A DNA stretch of 64,000 bases. Origin: Comamonas sp. lk (GTDB lineage: Bacteria; Pseudomonadota; Gammaproteobacteria; Burkholderiales; Burkholderiaceae_C). The notes under the pieces were generated by a model that saw only the letters and a list, made by a program, of their open reading frames with translations, had not been told where the DNA came from and made no database searches. The DNA is taken from contig CAMAQV010000007.1 in the NCBI GenBank assembly GCA_945860595.1, forward strand, positions 15,595 to 79,594. The letters are read 5' to 3'. Below, in pieces: positions 36,568-44,950 of the stretch. Both the position numbers and the translations under genes were made by a program. Positions within the stretch are counted from its first letter, which is position 1. Every line of letters starts with the position of its first letter.

Positions 36568-39500
36568 TCATACCGTTTCAGGTGCAGGACGCGGCTCCAA
36601 ACCCAGCAGACGGCGACTCCAGCGGGCTGCATCGTCCACATAGCAGTACACCACGGGCACCACCACCAGGGTCAGCAAGGACGAGGTAATCACCCCGCCA
36701 ATCACCGCCTGCCCCATCGGGGCGCGCATCTCCGAACCCTCGCTCAGGGCAAAAGCCAGCGGTACCATGCCGAAAATCATGGCCAGGGTGGTCATCAAAA
36801 TCGGGCGTAGGCGCACCCGCGCCGCCATCAGCAAGGCTTCGGTGCGCTCCATACCGTCCAGGCGCGCGCGGTTAGCAAAGTCGACCAGCAAAATCGCGTT
36901 TTTGGTGACCAGGCCCATCAGCATGATCACGCCGATCACGGAAAACATGGAAATTGCCGAACCAAATGCCATCAGCGACAGCACCACCCCGATCAAGGTC
37001 AGCGGCAGCGCTGTCATCAAAGCCAGGGGTTGCAAAAAGCTTTTGAACTGGCTGGCCAGAATCATATAAATGAAGATGACCGCCAGCGCCAGCGCCGAGA
37101 TGGCGTAGGCAAAGGATTCGCCCATGTCTTTGGTCGAACCGCTGAACTGGTAGCCGTAGCCGGCGGGCATGGTCACACCGTCCATGACCTTGCGGATGTC
37201 GGCGGACACCTCACCGGCGGAGCGGCCGCTGACGTTGGCGCTGATGGATACCTCGCGCTGCAACGCGCGCCGGTTGATCTGATTGGAGCCGGTGGCGGCC
37301 ACGACCTGCGCCACCTGGTTCAGGCGCACGACGCGGCTGCTGCCGTCTGGGTTACTGCCCATAGCAAAAGGCAGGCGCTCCATATCTTGCGGCTGCATGC
37401 GTGCCTGCGGGTCGAGTTGCAGGTTCACATCGTAGGTCTGGTCGTCGGGTGCGCGCCAAGTGCCCACGGTTTTGCCCGCCACCAGAATGCGCAGGCTGTT
37501 GCCAATCTGTGCCAATCCCAGTCCCATGTCTGCGGCCACACCGCGTTTGATGCGCACCTCCAGCGTGGGCTTGTCTGGCTTGGCGCTGGAATCCAGGTCC
37601 ACCAGCCCGGGCACCTGGCGCAGCAGCGGCATGGCGGTCTGGGCCAGACGCTCCAGCTCGCGCCCGTCCGGGCCTTGCAAAGAAAACTGGATTTGCTTGG
37701 CCCCGCCCGCCGAGTCGCCCAGCCCGACCTGCGTCACCGTGATGCCGGGCACGCTGCGCAGTCGATCACGCAGCACAACCGCAATTTCCTCAATGCCGCG
37801 CTGGCGCAATTGCCGGTCCGAGAGGCGCACATAGGTGCTGCCATACATCTTGCCCTGCGCGTTGCCGGTGTTGATGGTGGTCAGCGTGTAGCGCACTTCG
37901 GGGAAGCTGCGGATGATGGCCTCCACCTGCCGCGCCCGGGCCTCGGTGACCTCCAGAGAGGAGCCCACCGGCGTGTAAAAGTTGACTGTGGTCTCAGAGA
38001 AATCCGACTTGGGCATGAACTCAGTACCCAGCAGCGGCACCAGCGCCACGCTGGACGCAAAAACACCGATCGCCAACAGCACGGTGGCAATTTTGTGCAG
38101 CAGCGCCCAGCGCAGGATCTCCTGGTATCCGCCGGCCAGGCTATCGGTGGCGCGGTCAAACCAGCCGGTCACCCGGCCTATCGTGTTTCCGTACCAGCCG
38201 GAGGGCCTCCCTCTGCTGTGGGCGTCCAGCGCAGGGTCGTGCCAGACGCTGGAGAGCATGGGGTCTAGGGTGAAGCTGACAAACATCGAGATCAGCACCG
38301 CCACCACAATCGTGAGGCCGAATTCATGGAAAAACTTGCCGATGATTCCGCCCATAAAGCCGATGGGTAAAAACACGGCGACGATAGACAAGGTGGTGGC
38401 AAGCACCGCCAGCCCGATCTCCTCGGTGCCCTCCAGCGCCGCCTGATAAGGCGTTTTACCCATGGCAATGTGGCGCACGATGTTCTCGCGTACCACGATT
38501 GCATCATCAATCAGCAAGCCTACGCACAGGCTGAGCGCCATCAGCGTGATCATGTTGATGGTGAAGCCCAGCAAGTACATGAACAAAAAGCTGCCGATGA
38601 TGGCAATCGGCAGCGTAAGCCCCGTGATCACGGTGGAGCGCCAGCTGTTGAGGAACAAAAAAACAATCAGAACCGTCAGCAGAGCACCTTCAATCAGCGT
38701 GCGGCGCACGTTCTCCACCGAGACCCGGATTTGCCGCGAGCCGTCGGTTATCTGCGTCAGGCGCACGCCCGCCGGGGCCTGTTGCTGCATCTCGTCCAGG
38801 GCTTTGCGCAGACCGTCGACCACGGCAATGGTGTTCTCATCCTGCGCTTTTTGTACCGTCACCAGCAGTGTGCGCTGGCCGTTGTACAGCGCCAGGCTTT
38901 CGGCTGCCTGCGCCCCGTCGCTGATGTGGGCCACTTGATGCAGACGCACCGGCCCAGCGGTGCGCTGCACCACGGTGATCTGGCCGAAATCTTCGGGCCG
39001 CTGGATGCGCCCTTGCACCTGCAGGACCCGGTCCTGCTCCAACGATCGGATGCTGCCCACCGGCAGATCCTGGTTCTCGTTTTCTACGGCGGTTGCCACC
39101 TGTTCTGGCGTGACACCAAAGGCCTCCAGCGCGGCGGGTTGCAGGTACAGATTGATTTGCCGGGGCATGCCGCCGACTACGGTGGCCGAGCCGACGCCGC
39201 GCACATTTTCCAGTCGGCGTTTGACGACCTGGTCAGCCCAGCGCGTCAACTCCACCGGGCTGGGGACGCCCGCTACGCCTTCGGCCGTGATGGCCATGGA
39301 CCAGATGGCTTTGGCCGACGGGTCAAAGCGCAGCACCCGCGAATCTTTTACTTCGGGTCGCAGCAGGGGTTTGATGCCGGCCACTTTTTCCCGCACATCG
39401 TCTGCCGCCTTGCGTCCTTCGGACTGCAGACCGAACTCAATAACCACCACCGACTGGCCTTCGTAGCTGCGCGAGGTCAGGTTGCTGATGCCGCCGATCG

Positions 39501-39717
39501 GGTTCACGGCCTCTTCTATTTTCTTGCTGACCTCGCTCTCCACGATTTCCGGTGAGGCCCCCGGGTATTCGGTCACCACCACCACCGTGGGCACGTCGAT
39601 ATTGGGGAACTGGTCAATTTGCAGCCGCTGCAGCGAAAACCAGCCCAGCACCACCAGCGCCAGCATGGCCATGGTCGCAAAGACCGGGTTATGCAGGCTG
39701 ACGCGGGTAAACCACAT
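36568..39717 (-). CDS. RND efflux permease (AcrB family)
   Basis: 1049 aa; FPNIDVP, GLLIDDAIVVRENI, GLVTKNAILLVD and RLRPILMTT. Confidence 0.95.
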   Translation of the reverse strand: MWFTRVSLHNPVFATMAMLALVVLGWFSLQRLQIDQFPNIDVPTVVVVTEYPGASPEIVESEVSKKIEEAVNPIGGISNLTSRSYEGQSVVVIEFGLQSEGRKAADDVREKVAGIKPLLRPEVKDSRVLRFDPSAKAIWSMAITAEGVAGVPSPVELTRWADQVVKRRLENVRGVGSATVVGGMPRQINLYLQPAALEAFGVTPEQVATAVENENQDLPVGSIRSLEQDRVLQVQGRIQRPEDFGQITVVQRTAGPVRLHQVAHISDGAQAAESLALYNGQRTLLVTVQKAQDENTIAVVDGLRKALDEMQQQAPAGVRLTQITDGSRQIRVSVENVRRTLIEGALLTVLIVFLFLNSWRSTVITGLTLPIAIIGSFLFMYLLGFTINMITLMALSLCVGLLIDDAIVVRENIVRHIAMGKTPYQAALEGTEEIGLAVLATTLSIVAVFLPIGFMGGIIGKFFHEFGLTIVVAVLISMFVSFTLDPMLSSVWHDPALDAHSRGRPSGWYGNTIGRVTGWFDRATDSLAGGYQEILRWALLHKIATVLLAIGVFASSVALVPLLGTEFMPKSDFSETTVNFYTPVGSSLEVTEARARQVEAIIRSFPEVRYTLTTINTGNAQGKMYGSTYVRLSDRQLRQRGIEEIAVVLRDRLRSVPGITVTQVGLGDSAGGAKQIQFSLQGPDGRELERLAQTAMPLLRQVPGLVDLDSSAKPDKPTLEVRIKRGVAADMGLGLAQIGNSLRILVAGKTVGTWRAPDDQTYDVNLQLDPQARMQPQDMERLPFAMGSNPDGSSRVVRLNQVAQVVAATGSNQINRRALQREVSISANVSGRSAGEVSADIRKVMDGVTMPAGYGYQFSGSTKDMGESFAYAISALALAVIFIYMILASQFKSFLQPLALMTALPLTLIGVVLSLMAFGSAISMFSVIGVIMLMGLVTKNAILLVDFANRARLDGMERTEALLMAARVRLRPILMTTLAMIFGMVPLAFALSEGSEMRAPMGQAVIGGVITSSLLTLVVVPVVYCYVDDAARWSRRLLGLEPRPAPETV

Positions 39718-39720
39718 GCT

Positions 39721-40872
39721 TTACAGGCCGGACGGCGCCAGGCTGACCGCGCTGCCGGGGCGCAAAGGCCCCACGCTTCCAGCCAGAACCTGCGCACCCG
39801 CTGCAATGCCCTCGACCGCCACCAGCTGCGCCGAATTCGGGGTGCCCGTCGTTGCTGCCGTACCGCGCACACCCAGCGTCACGCTCAGGTGCTGCACTGT
39901 GCCGTCTACCAGCACTTGCACATAGGGCAGCGGCTTGTCGGTGCGCACGGCGCTGACCGGCAGCGCAAGCGCCGTGACGCTGGACACCGCGACCCTGCCC
40001 TGTGCGAACAAGCCCTGGCGCAGGCCCGCGCTGTCGGCCAGTGCCAAGTAGGCGATCACTGAACGGTTGCCTGGCGCGGCGTTGGGGTTGATGCGGATCA
40101 CCCGCGCGGCAATCGGTGCGGCAATGCCGTCCACTGTCAGTGCTGCGCTTTGGCCGACCTGAAGCTGCACCGAGTCGGCGGCCCCGACCGAGGCCTCCAG
40201 TTCCAGTTTGGACAGGTCCACAATTTCCACAATGCGCGCGTCCACCGCGGCCCGCTCGCCTGGCTGTGTCAGGCGCTGCGCGACATAGCCGCTGATGGGC
40301 GCGCGCAGCACGCGGTCGTCCAGCACCTTTTGGGAAATCTCCACCGCCGCCTGCGCCGCGCGGTACAGGGCTTGGGCGCTGGTCAGCGCCGAGGTGGACG
40401 ATTCCAGCGCCGTCTTGGAAATAAAGCCCTGTTCGACCAGTGCGCGGTTGTTGTCAAAGTTGCGCTGCGCCACATCAATTTGTGTTTTGCTGGACTCGGC
40501 CTGCTGCTGCGCCTGGCGCAGGCGCGCGCCGGATTCGCTGTTCTCGATGTGCCCGATCACTTGTCCGGCTTTCACCAGATCGCCCTCGCGGACCTGCAGC
40601 CCCTGAACCTCACCGGCCACCCGGGCTTTGACAAAAGCCGCGTTGGCCGCCTTGATGGGCCCGGACACTTCCACGCCTACCGCCAGCGTCTGGCTTTGTA
40701 GCGTCAGCACGTCGGCGGCGCTCAGCAGCGTGGGCGGAACGACCTTTGCGGCTTCGGTCTGCGCGGCGGCTTTGGTGCGTTCGGTCTGGCGCTTATCCAC
40801 CACCCTGTAGGCCCCGGCGGCCAGGGCCAGCACCACCACGCCCGCAATCACCCAACCGTAACGCACCCGCAT
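39721..40872 (-). CDS. RND efflux periplasmic adaptor (MFP); start may extend to 40971
   Basis: N-terminal TM anchor, VKARVAGEV..VREGDLVKAGQ lipoyl motif, alpha-hairpin and LRAPISG. Confidence 0.9.
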   Translation of the reverse strand: MRVRYGWVIAGVVVLALAAGAYRVVDKRQTERTKAAAQTEAAKVVPPTLLSAADVLTLQSQTLAVGVEVSGPIKAANAAFVKARVAGEVQGLQVREGDLVKAGQVIGHIENSESGARLRQAQQQAESSKTQIDVAQRNFDNNRALVEQGFISKTALESSTSALTSAQALYRAAQAAVEISQKVLDDRVLRAPISGYVAQRLTQPGERAAVDARIVEIVDLSKLELEASVGAADSVQLQVGQSAALTVDGIAAPIAARVIRINPNAAPGNRSVIAYLALADSAGLRQGLFAQGRVAVSSVTALALPVSAVRTDKPLPYVQVLVDGTVQHLSVTLGVRGTAATTGTPNSAQLVAVEGIAAGAQVLAGSVGPLRPGSAVSLAPSGL

Positions 40873-41148
40873 GGCTACGCCGTCACTCCAAGGCGACCCG
40901 GTAGGGGCAAGTGTCCCGTGGTGTGGGGTGACCGCGCCACCGGTGCCGCCGACACGGTGTGCGGCAGGCATAAAGGGGGATTTTTCATGGCCATAAGGTG
41001 CGTGGTACGGGTCGGGTGGGCAGTGTAGCCGCGCCTGATTGCGTGCGATTGCACCCGCCCAATACCCCTGCGCTGGACGCCATCGGCGGCAGGGCGTCTA
41101 TGCTTACGACCGCTTCCACATTTTTGGGCATCGCCCGTTTTTGACCTT

Positions 41149-41694
41149 ATGCAAACACCTTCCCACCCCACCATCGCCCTGGGCGCGGGCTGCTTCTGGT
41201 GCAGCGAGGCGGTTTTCGTTCAGGTGCGCGGCGTGCTCGACGTCGAGTCCGGCTACAGCAACGGCCATGTGCAGCAGCCCCGCTACGAAGATGTCTGCAG
41301 CGGAGCCAGCGGCCACAACGAAGTCATCAAACTGGTCTTTGATCCCGCGCAGATCAGCTTGCGCGAGATCCTGGAAATCATGTTCCTGATCCACGACCCC
41401 ACCAGCCTGAACCGCCAGGGCAACGACGTCGGACCCCAGTACCGTAGCGGCATTTACTGCTCCGACGCCGCGCAACTCGCCGACGTCCAGGCCTTTGTGG
41501 ACGAGGTCCAAACCAGCGGTGCCTTCAGCCGCCCCATCGTCACCGAGCTGGCGCTGCTGGACAATTACTGGGCTGCAGAGGATTACCACCAGGACTTCTT
41601 TGCGCGCAACCCCAACCAGGGCTACTGCATGGCGGTGGCCGCGCCCAAGGTCGACAAGTTCCGCAAAACCTTTGCGCGCCTGGCCAAGGCCTGA
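41149..41694 (+). CDS. msrA: Peptide methionine sulfoxide reductase A
   Basis: GAGCFWC, HDPTSLNRQGNDVGPQYRS and AEDYHQ. Confidence 0.96.
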   Translation: MQTPSHPTIALGAGCFWCSEAVFVQVRGVLDVESGYSNGHVQQPRYEDVCSGASGHNEVIKLVFDPAQISLREILEIMFLIHDPTSLNRQGNDVGPQYRSGIYCSDAAQLADVQAFVDEVQTSGAFSRPIVTELALLDNYWAAEDYHQDFFARNPNQGYCMAVAAPKVDKFRKTFARLAKA

Positions 41695-41716
41695 GCGCTA
41701 GCCGCCCGCGCACCGC

Positions 41717-42094
41717 TCACTCTGCGGCTTTGCCGGGCTTGCCCGGAGGGCTGGGCTGGCAGTGGGCCACCAACTGTTTGACGATGCCGGTGATCCACTC
41801 GCGGTCTGCTTGTGACAGCGTGGACAGCCAGATGCCGATGCGGTCCGCCTGCGGCACCGGCGCGACGGTGCGGTCGCCAATCAGTTCCATCATGGTCGTA
41901 TTCAACAGCAGCGAAATCGTCTCAATCGTGGTCAATGGGGGCAGGATGTTGCCGGTCTCATAACGCGAGACGGTCAGCGTGTCCACGTCCAGCAAATCGG
42001 CCAGGCGGCCCTGCGTCAGGCCCGCGGCCTTGCGGCGCGCAGCAATGTTGCGGCCCAGATTCTTGGCCAGTGCGCGGGGAGCTAGTTTTTCCAT
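41717..42094 (-). CDS. XRE-family HTH transcriptional regulator
   Basis: GRNIAARRKAAGLTQGRLADLLDV..TVSRYETG is a Cro/C1-type HTH, followed by a short C-terminal helical domain. Confidence 0.88.
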   Translation of the reverse strand: MEKLAPRALAKNLGRNIAARRKAAGLTQGRLADLLDVDTLTVSRYETGNILPPLTTIETISLLLNTTMMELIGDRTVAPVPQADRIGIWLSTLSQADREWITGIVKQLVAHCQPSPPGKPGKAAE

Positions 42095-42201
42095 ACCAAT
42101 CTTTCCAATAGTTCAGAGAAGATTCGGTTTGATGGCATAAAACTTGAGTGGTTTTCAGCGTGATCGGCCCCGCGCGCAGGGCATAAGGCCGCTGTTCGCT
42201 G

Positions 42202-42900
42202 TCACGCGCCCCGCACATAGGTCAGCATGCGTCCCCGGTAAGGGGTTTCGCCCGCCGCCTGTCCCTGAACCAGCGCTTGCTCGTGCACCGAAAAGCCCAG
42301 CAGCCGCATATGGCGGTGAAACTGCGGCCGGTTGCTGCGGTTGGGGTCGACCAGCCAGACCTCGGCGCTGGCGCTGGCGTGCGCTTCAATAAACGCGGCC
42401 AGGTCGCCGCGCTCGTCGCGCTCATACAGCACGTCGCTGGCCACAATCAGGCCAAAGCGCCCGCTCAAACCCGTCTCATTGGCGCTAGCCTGCAGCCCCT
42501 CGCCCCACTGCCCGTGCCGGTAGTCCAGCGGCGGCAGCTGGTTAAGCGCCACGTTGGCGCGCAAAAACACGCCCGACAGCGGATGGCAGTCGCTGGCCGT
42601 CATATCCGCCCCGCGCCGGTGCGCCACCAGACTGGCCAGCGCCAGCCCGCAGCCGATCTCCAAAATCCGCTCCCCCGCCCGCACCGGATGCGCTGCCATG
42701 CGCTGCGCCAACCGCAGGCCTGACGGCCACAACAAGCCGAACAGCGGCCAGTGCGCCGAAGAAATCCCCAGCCGCAGCGCCGCCCCCAGCGGGTCGTGGA
42801 ACTGCTGCTTGTCCAGCAGCGAGCGGATCACCACGTCGGCTACGCCGGTGACGGCAATGTTTTCTTGCTTGGTTGAGTAGCCCAGGGGGGTGTGCGGCAT
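42202..42900 (-). CDS. Class I SAM-dependent methyltransferase (Methyltransf_16/METTL21-like, probably protein N-methylating)
   Basis: WPLFGLLWPSG, ILEIGCGLALASL (motif I), TASD and IVASDVLYE. No DNA-MTase catalytic motif (DPPY/NPPY/PC). Confidence 0.8.
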   Translation of the reverse strand: MPHTPLGYSTKQENIAVTGVADVVIRSLLDKQQFHDPLGAALRLGISSAHWPLFGLLWPSGLRLAQRMAAHPVRAGERILEIGCGLALASLVAHRRGADMTASDCHPLSGVFLRANVALNQLPPLDYRHGQWGEGLQASANETGLSGRFGLIVASDVLYERDERGDLAAFIEAHASASAEVWLVDPNRSNRPQFHRHMRLLGFSVHEQALVQGQAAGETPYRGRMLTYVRGA

Positions 42901-42926
42901 GGGGCCTTTTTTGTATCCCTGCCCCA

Positions 42927-42945
42927 GGGCGGGGCGGGTGGGGGG
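42927..42945 (+). other. Intergenic G-quadruplex-type motif GGG-C-GGGG-C-GGG-T-GGGGGG
   Basis: Read directly from the sequence, between the divergent methyltransferase and DUF6516-like starts. Confidence 0.4.
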
Positions 42946-43008
42946 ATTAGGCGCGTTTTATTTGCTCGGCAGATAAAGGCTCTTATCTGACGCGAGATGC
43001 ATTCACGC

Positions 43009-43032
43009 CATGTTGGCATAATAGCCAACATG
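43009..43032. promoter_or_regulatory. Perfect operator-like palindrome overlapping a -10-like box and the start codon
   Basis: CATGTTGGC-ATAATA-GCCAACATG: 9-bp arms. It contains CATAAT, and the right arm ends in the ATG at 43030. Confidence 0.7.
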
Positions 43033-43314
43033 ACTGCGCAACTCGTTACCCGCTTTAAAGACATCACAACAGATGGCGCAATTTTGGAGCTTGTGATTTG
43101 GAAGGTCCCTAAGCCCGTGCCACCCACTCAGCATGGGTACAAGTACCGCGCGGCTTATGTGGTGAATGGTGTGCGTGTCGTTGGTTTCGATAACGAGCGC
43201 GGCAAGGGCGACCACTGCCACTTGAACGGTGTCGAGAAGCCGTATGTGTTTATCAGCGTTGAGCAACTCGTGGAAGACTTTATCGCCGCCGTAGCGGCCC
43301 GGAGACCAATATGA
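43030..43314 (+). CDS. Small DUF6516-like protein, putative toxin of a two-gene module
   Basis: 94 aa; IWKVP..P..HGYKYR..Y and FDNERGKGDHCH resemble the DUF6516 family as I recall it. 4-bp overlap with the downstream HTH gene. Confidence 0.65.
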   Translation: MTAQLVTRFKDITTDGAILELVIWKVPKPVPPTQHGYKYRAAYVVNGVRVVGFDNERGKGDHCHLNGVEKPYVFISVEQLVEDFIAAVAARRPI

Positions 43315-43664
43315 CCGAGCGCTTTCTAACCATCACCCTTCAGCCGGATTGGAAGGGCGCTTTGCGCGCGATAGCCAAGGTTGCGCAAGCCGACAGCTAT
43401 CAGGGCGAGGTGCTGAACTTCGAAAGCCCGGCGCACTTCTTCGGCCGCCTCACAGAGAAGCGCTGGGACATTGTTCGCGCCGCCCAGGGCAAGGGCGAGT
43501 TATCGGTGCGCGAACTGGCCCGTACCGTGGGCCGCGACGTCAAGCGCGTTCATGAAGACGTGCAAGCCCTGGCGGAACTCGGGCTGCTGGAGCGCACCGA
43601 CAGCGACGGTCTGGTCTGCCCTTTTGAGTCCATGCATATTGATATGCATTTGAAGGCAGCTTGA
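43311..43664 (+). CDS. Winged-HTH DNA-binding protein (HVO_A0114/COG4190-like), putative antitoxin
   Basis: LTEKRWDIV...LSVRELARTVGRDVKRVHEDVQALAELGLL winged helix. ATGA coupling to the upstream gene. Confidence 0.75.
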   Translation: MTERFLTITLQPDWKGALRAIAKVAQADSYQGEVLNFESPAHFFGRLTEKRWDIVRAAQGKGELSVRELARTVGRDVKRVHEDVQALAELGLLERTDSDGLVCPFESMHIDMHLKAA

Positions 43665-43761
43665 GGTTGATTGCTTATCTGCACCGGCGGACTTGTGGCA
43701 CCTTGTGGTGCGACCCACGGTACTGCCCCCCAAGCGCCCGGTGCTCGCTCCAAAAATATTT

Positions 43762-43783
43762 CCCAACTCCCGCCCCCCGCCCC
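43762..43783 (-). other. Intergenic G-quadruplex-type motif on the minus strand (GGGG-C-GGGGGG-C-GGG-AGTT-GGG)
   Basis: CCC-AACT-CCC-G-CCCCCC-G-CCCC on the plus strand, upstream of the sugar isomerase gene. Confidence 0.35.
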
Positions 43784-43859
43784 TCAGCCTTGGTTAGCAT
43801 GTCAGCAGGCGCGCCCCATCAGCCCGCCCGAAAGTGACAAACCCACAACGAGGAGCACC

Positions 43860-44915
43860 ATGAAAACGATCAAAGGACCGGCTATTTTTTTGGCCCAGTT
43901 TGCGGGGGATACCGCGCCTTTTAATTCGCTGGATTCGATTGCCGCCTGGGCGGCGGGTCTGGGCTACAAGGGGGTGCAGATTCCCAGCTGGGACGCGCGC
44001 CTGTTTGACCTGAAGAAGGCGGCGCAGAGCAAAACCTATTGCCAGGAGGTGCAGGGCATTCTGGCAAGCCACGGGCTGGAAATCACTGAGTTGTCCACCC
44101 ATTTGCAGGGCCAGTTGGTGGCGGTGCATCCGGCATATGACGCGGGCTTTGACGGCTTTGCCGCGCCCGAGGTGCGGGGCAACCCGGCGCTACGGCAGAA
44201 GTGGGCGGTCAAGCAGATGATGCTGGCGGCCAAGGCTTCGGCGAACCTGGGGCTGACCGCGCATGTGACCTTCTCGGGCGCGCTGGCCTGGCCCTACTTG
44301 TATTCCTGGCCGCCGCGCCCGGCCGGTTTGATCGAGACCGCGTTTGATGACTTGGCCAAGCGCTGGACGCCGATCCTGGACGCGTTTGACCACGCGGGCG
44401 TGGACGTCTGTTACGAGGTGCACCCCGGCGAAGACCTGCACGACGGCGTCAGCTACGAGATGTTTTTGGACCGTGTGCACGGCCACAAGCGCGCCTGCTT
44501 GCTGTACGACCCCAGCCACTTTGTGCTGCAGCAACTCAATTACCTGGAGTACATCGACCACTACCACGAGCGCATCAAAATCTTCCACGTCAAAGACGCC
44601 GAGTTCAATCCCAGCGGCAAGCAGGGTGTGTACGGCGGCTTTCAGCCCTGGTTGCAGCGCGCCGGGCGCTTCCGTTCGCTGGGCGACGGGCAGGTGGACT
44701 TCAAAGGCATCTTCAGCAAGCTGGCCGGTTACGACTACAGCGGCTGGGCGGTGCTGGAGTGGGAGTGCTGCCTCAAGCACCCGGAAGACGGCGCGCGCGA
44801 AGGCGCGGTCTTCATCCGCGACCACATCATCCGCGTGGCCGAGCGTGCCTTTGACGACTTTGCCGGTAGCGCCGTGGACGCTAAAGCCAACCGCAAGATG
44901 CTCGGCATCAAATAA
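43860..44915 (+). CDS. Sugar phosphate isomerase/epimerase family TIM-barrel protein (AP_endonuc_2 fold)
   Basis: MKTIKGPAIFLAQF start after a GAGGAG RBS. Metal-site motifs YEVHPGE, YDPSH, FHVKDAE and VLEWEC. Confidence 0.85.
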   Translation: MKTIKGPAIFLAQFAGDTAPFNSLDSIAAWAAGLGYKGVQIPSWDARLFDLKKAAQSKTYCQEVQGILASHGLEITELSTHLQGQLVAVHPAYDAGFDGFAAPEVRGNPALRQKWAVKQMMLAAKASANLGLTAHVTFSGALAWPYLYSWPPRPAGLIETAFDDLAKRWTPILDAFDHAGVDVCYEVHPGEDLHDGVSYEMFLDRVHGHKRACLLYDPSHFVLQQLNYLEYIDHYHERIKIFHVKDAEFNPSGKQGVYGGFQPWLQRAGRFRSLGDGQVDFKGIFSKLAGYDYSGWAVLEWECCLKHPEDGAREGAVFIRDHIIRVAERAFDDFAGSAVDAKANRKMLGIK

Positions 44916-44950
44916 ACCAACGGCATAGCGCAGGCACAAAGGACAGATTT

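Noticed and set aside
42202-42900. Methyltransferase plus XRE as a restriction-modification system with a controller protein
   Set aside because: No DPPY/NPPY/PC catalytic motif and no endonuclease gene; the sequence resembles protein methyltransferases.
42920-43790. Terminal inverted repeats of a MITE or IS around the putative TA pair
   Set aside because: The flanks match only as low-complexity G/C runs; no exact inverted repeat, target-site duplication or transposase is visible.
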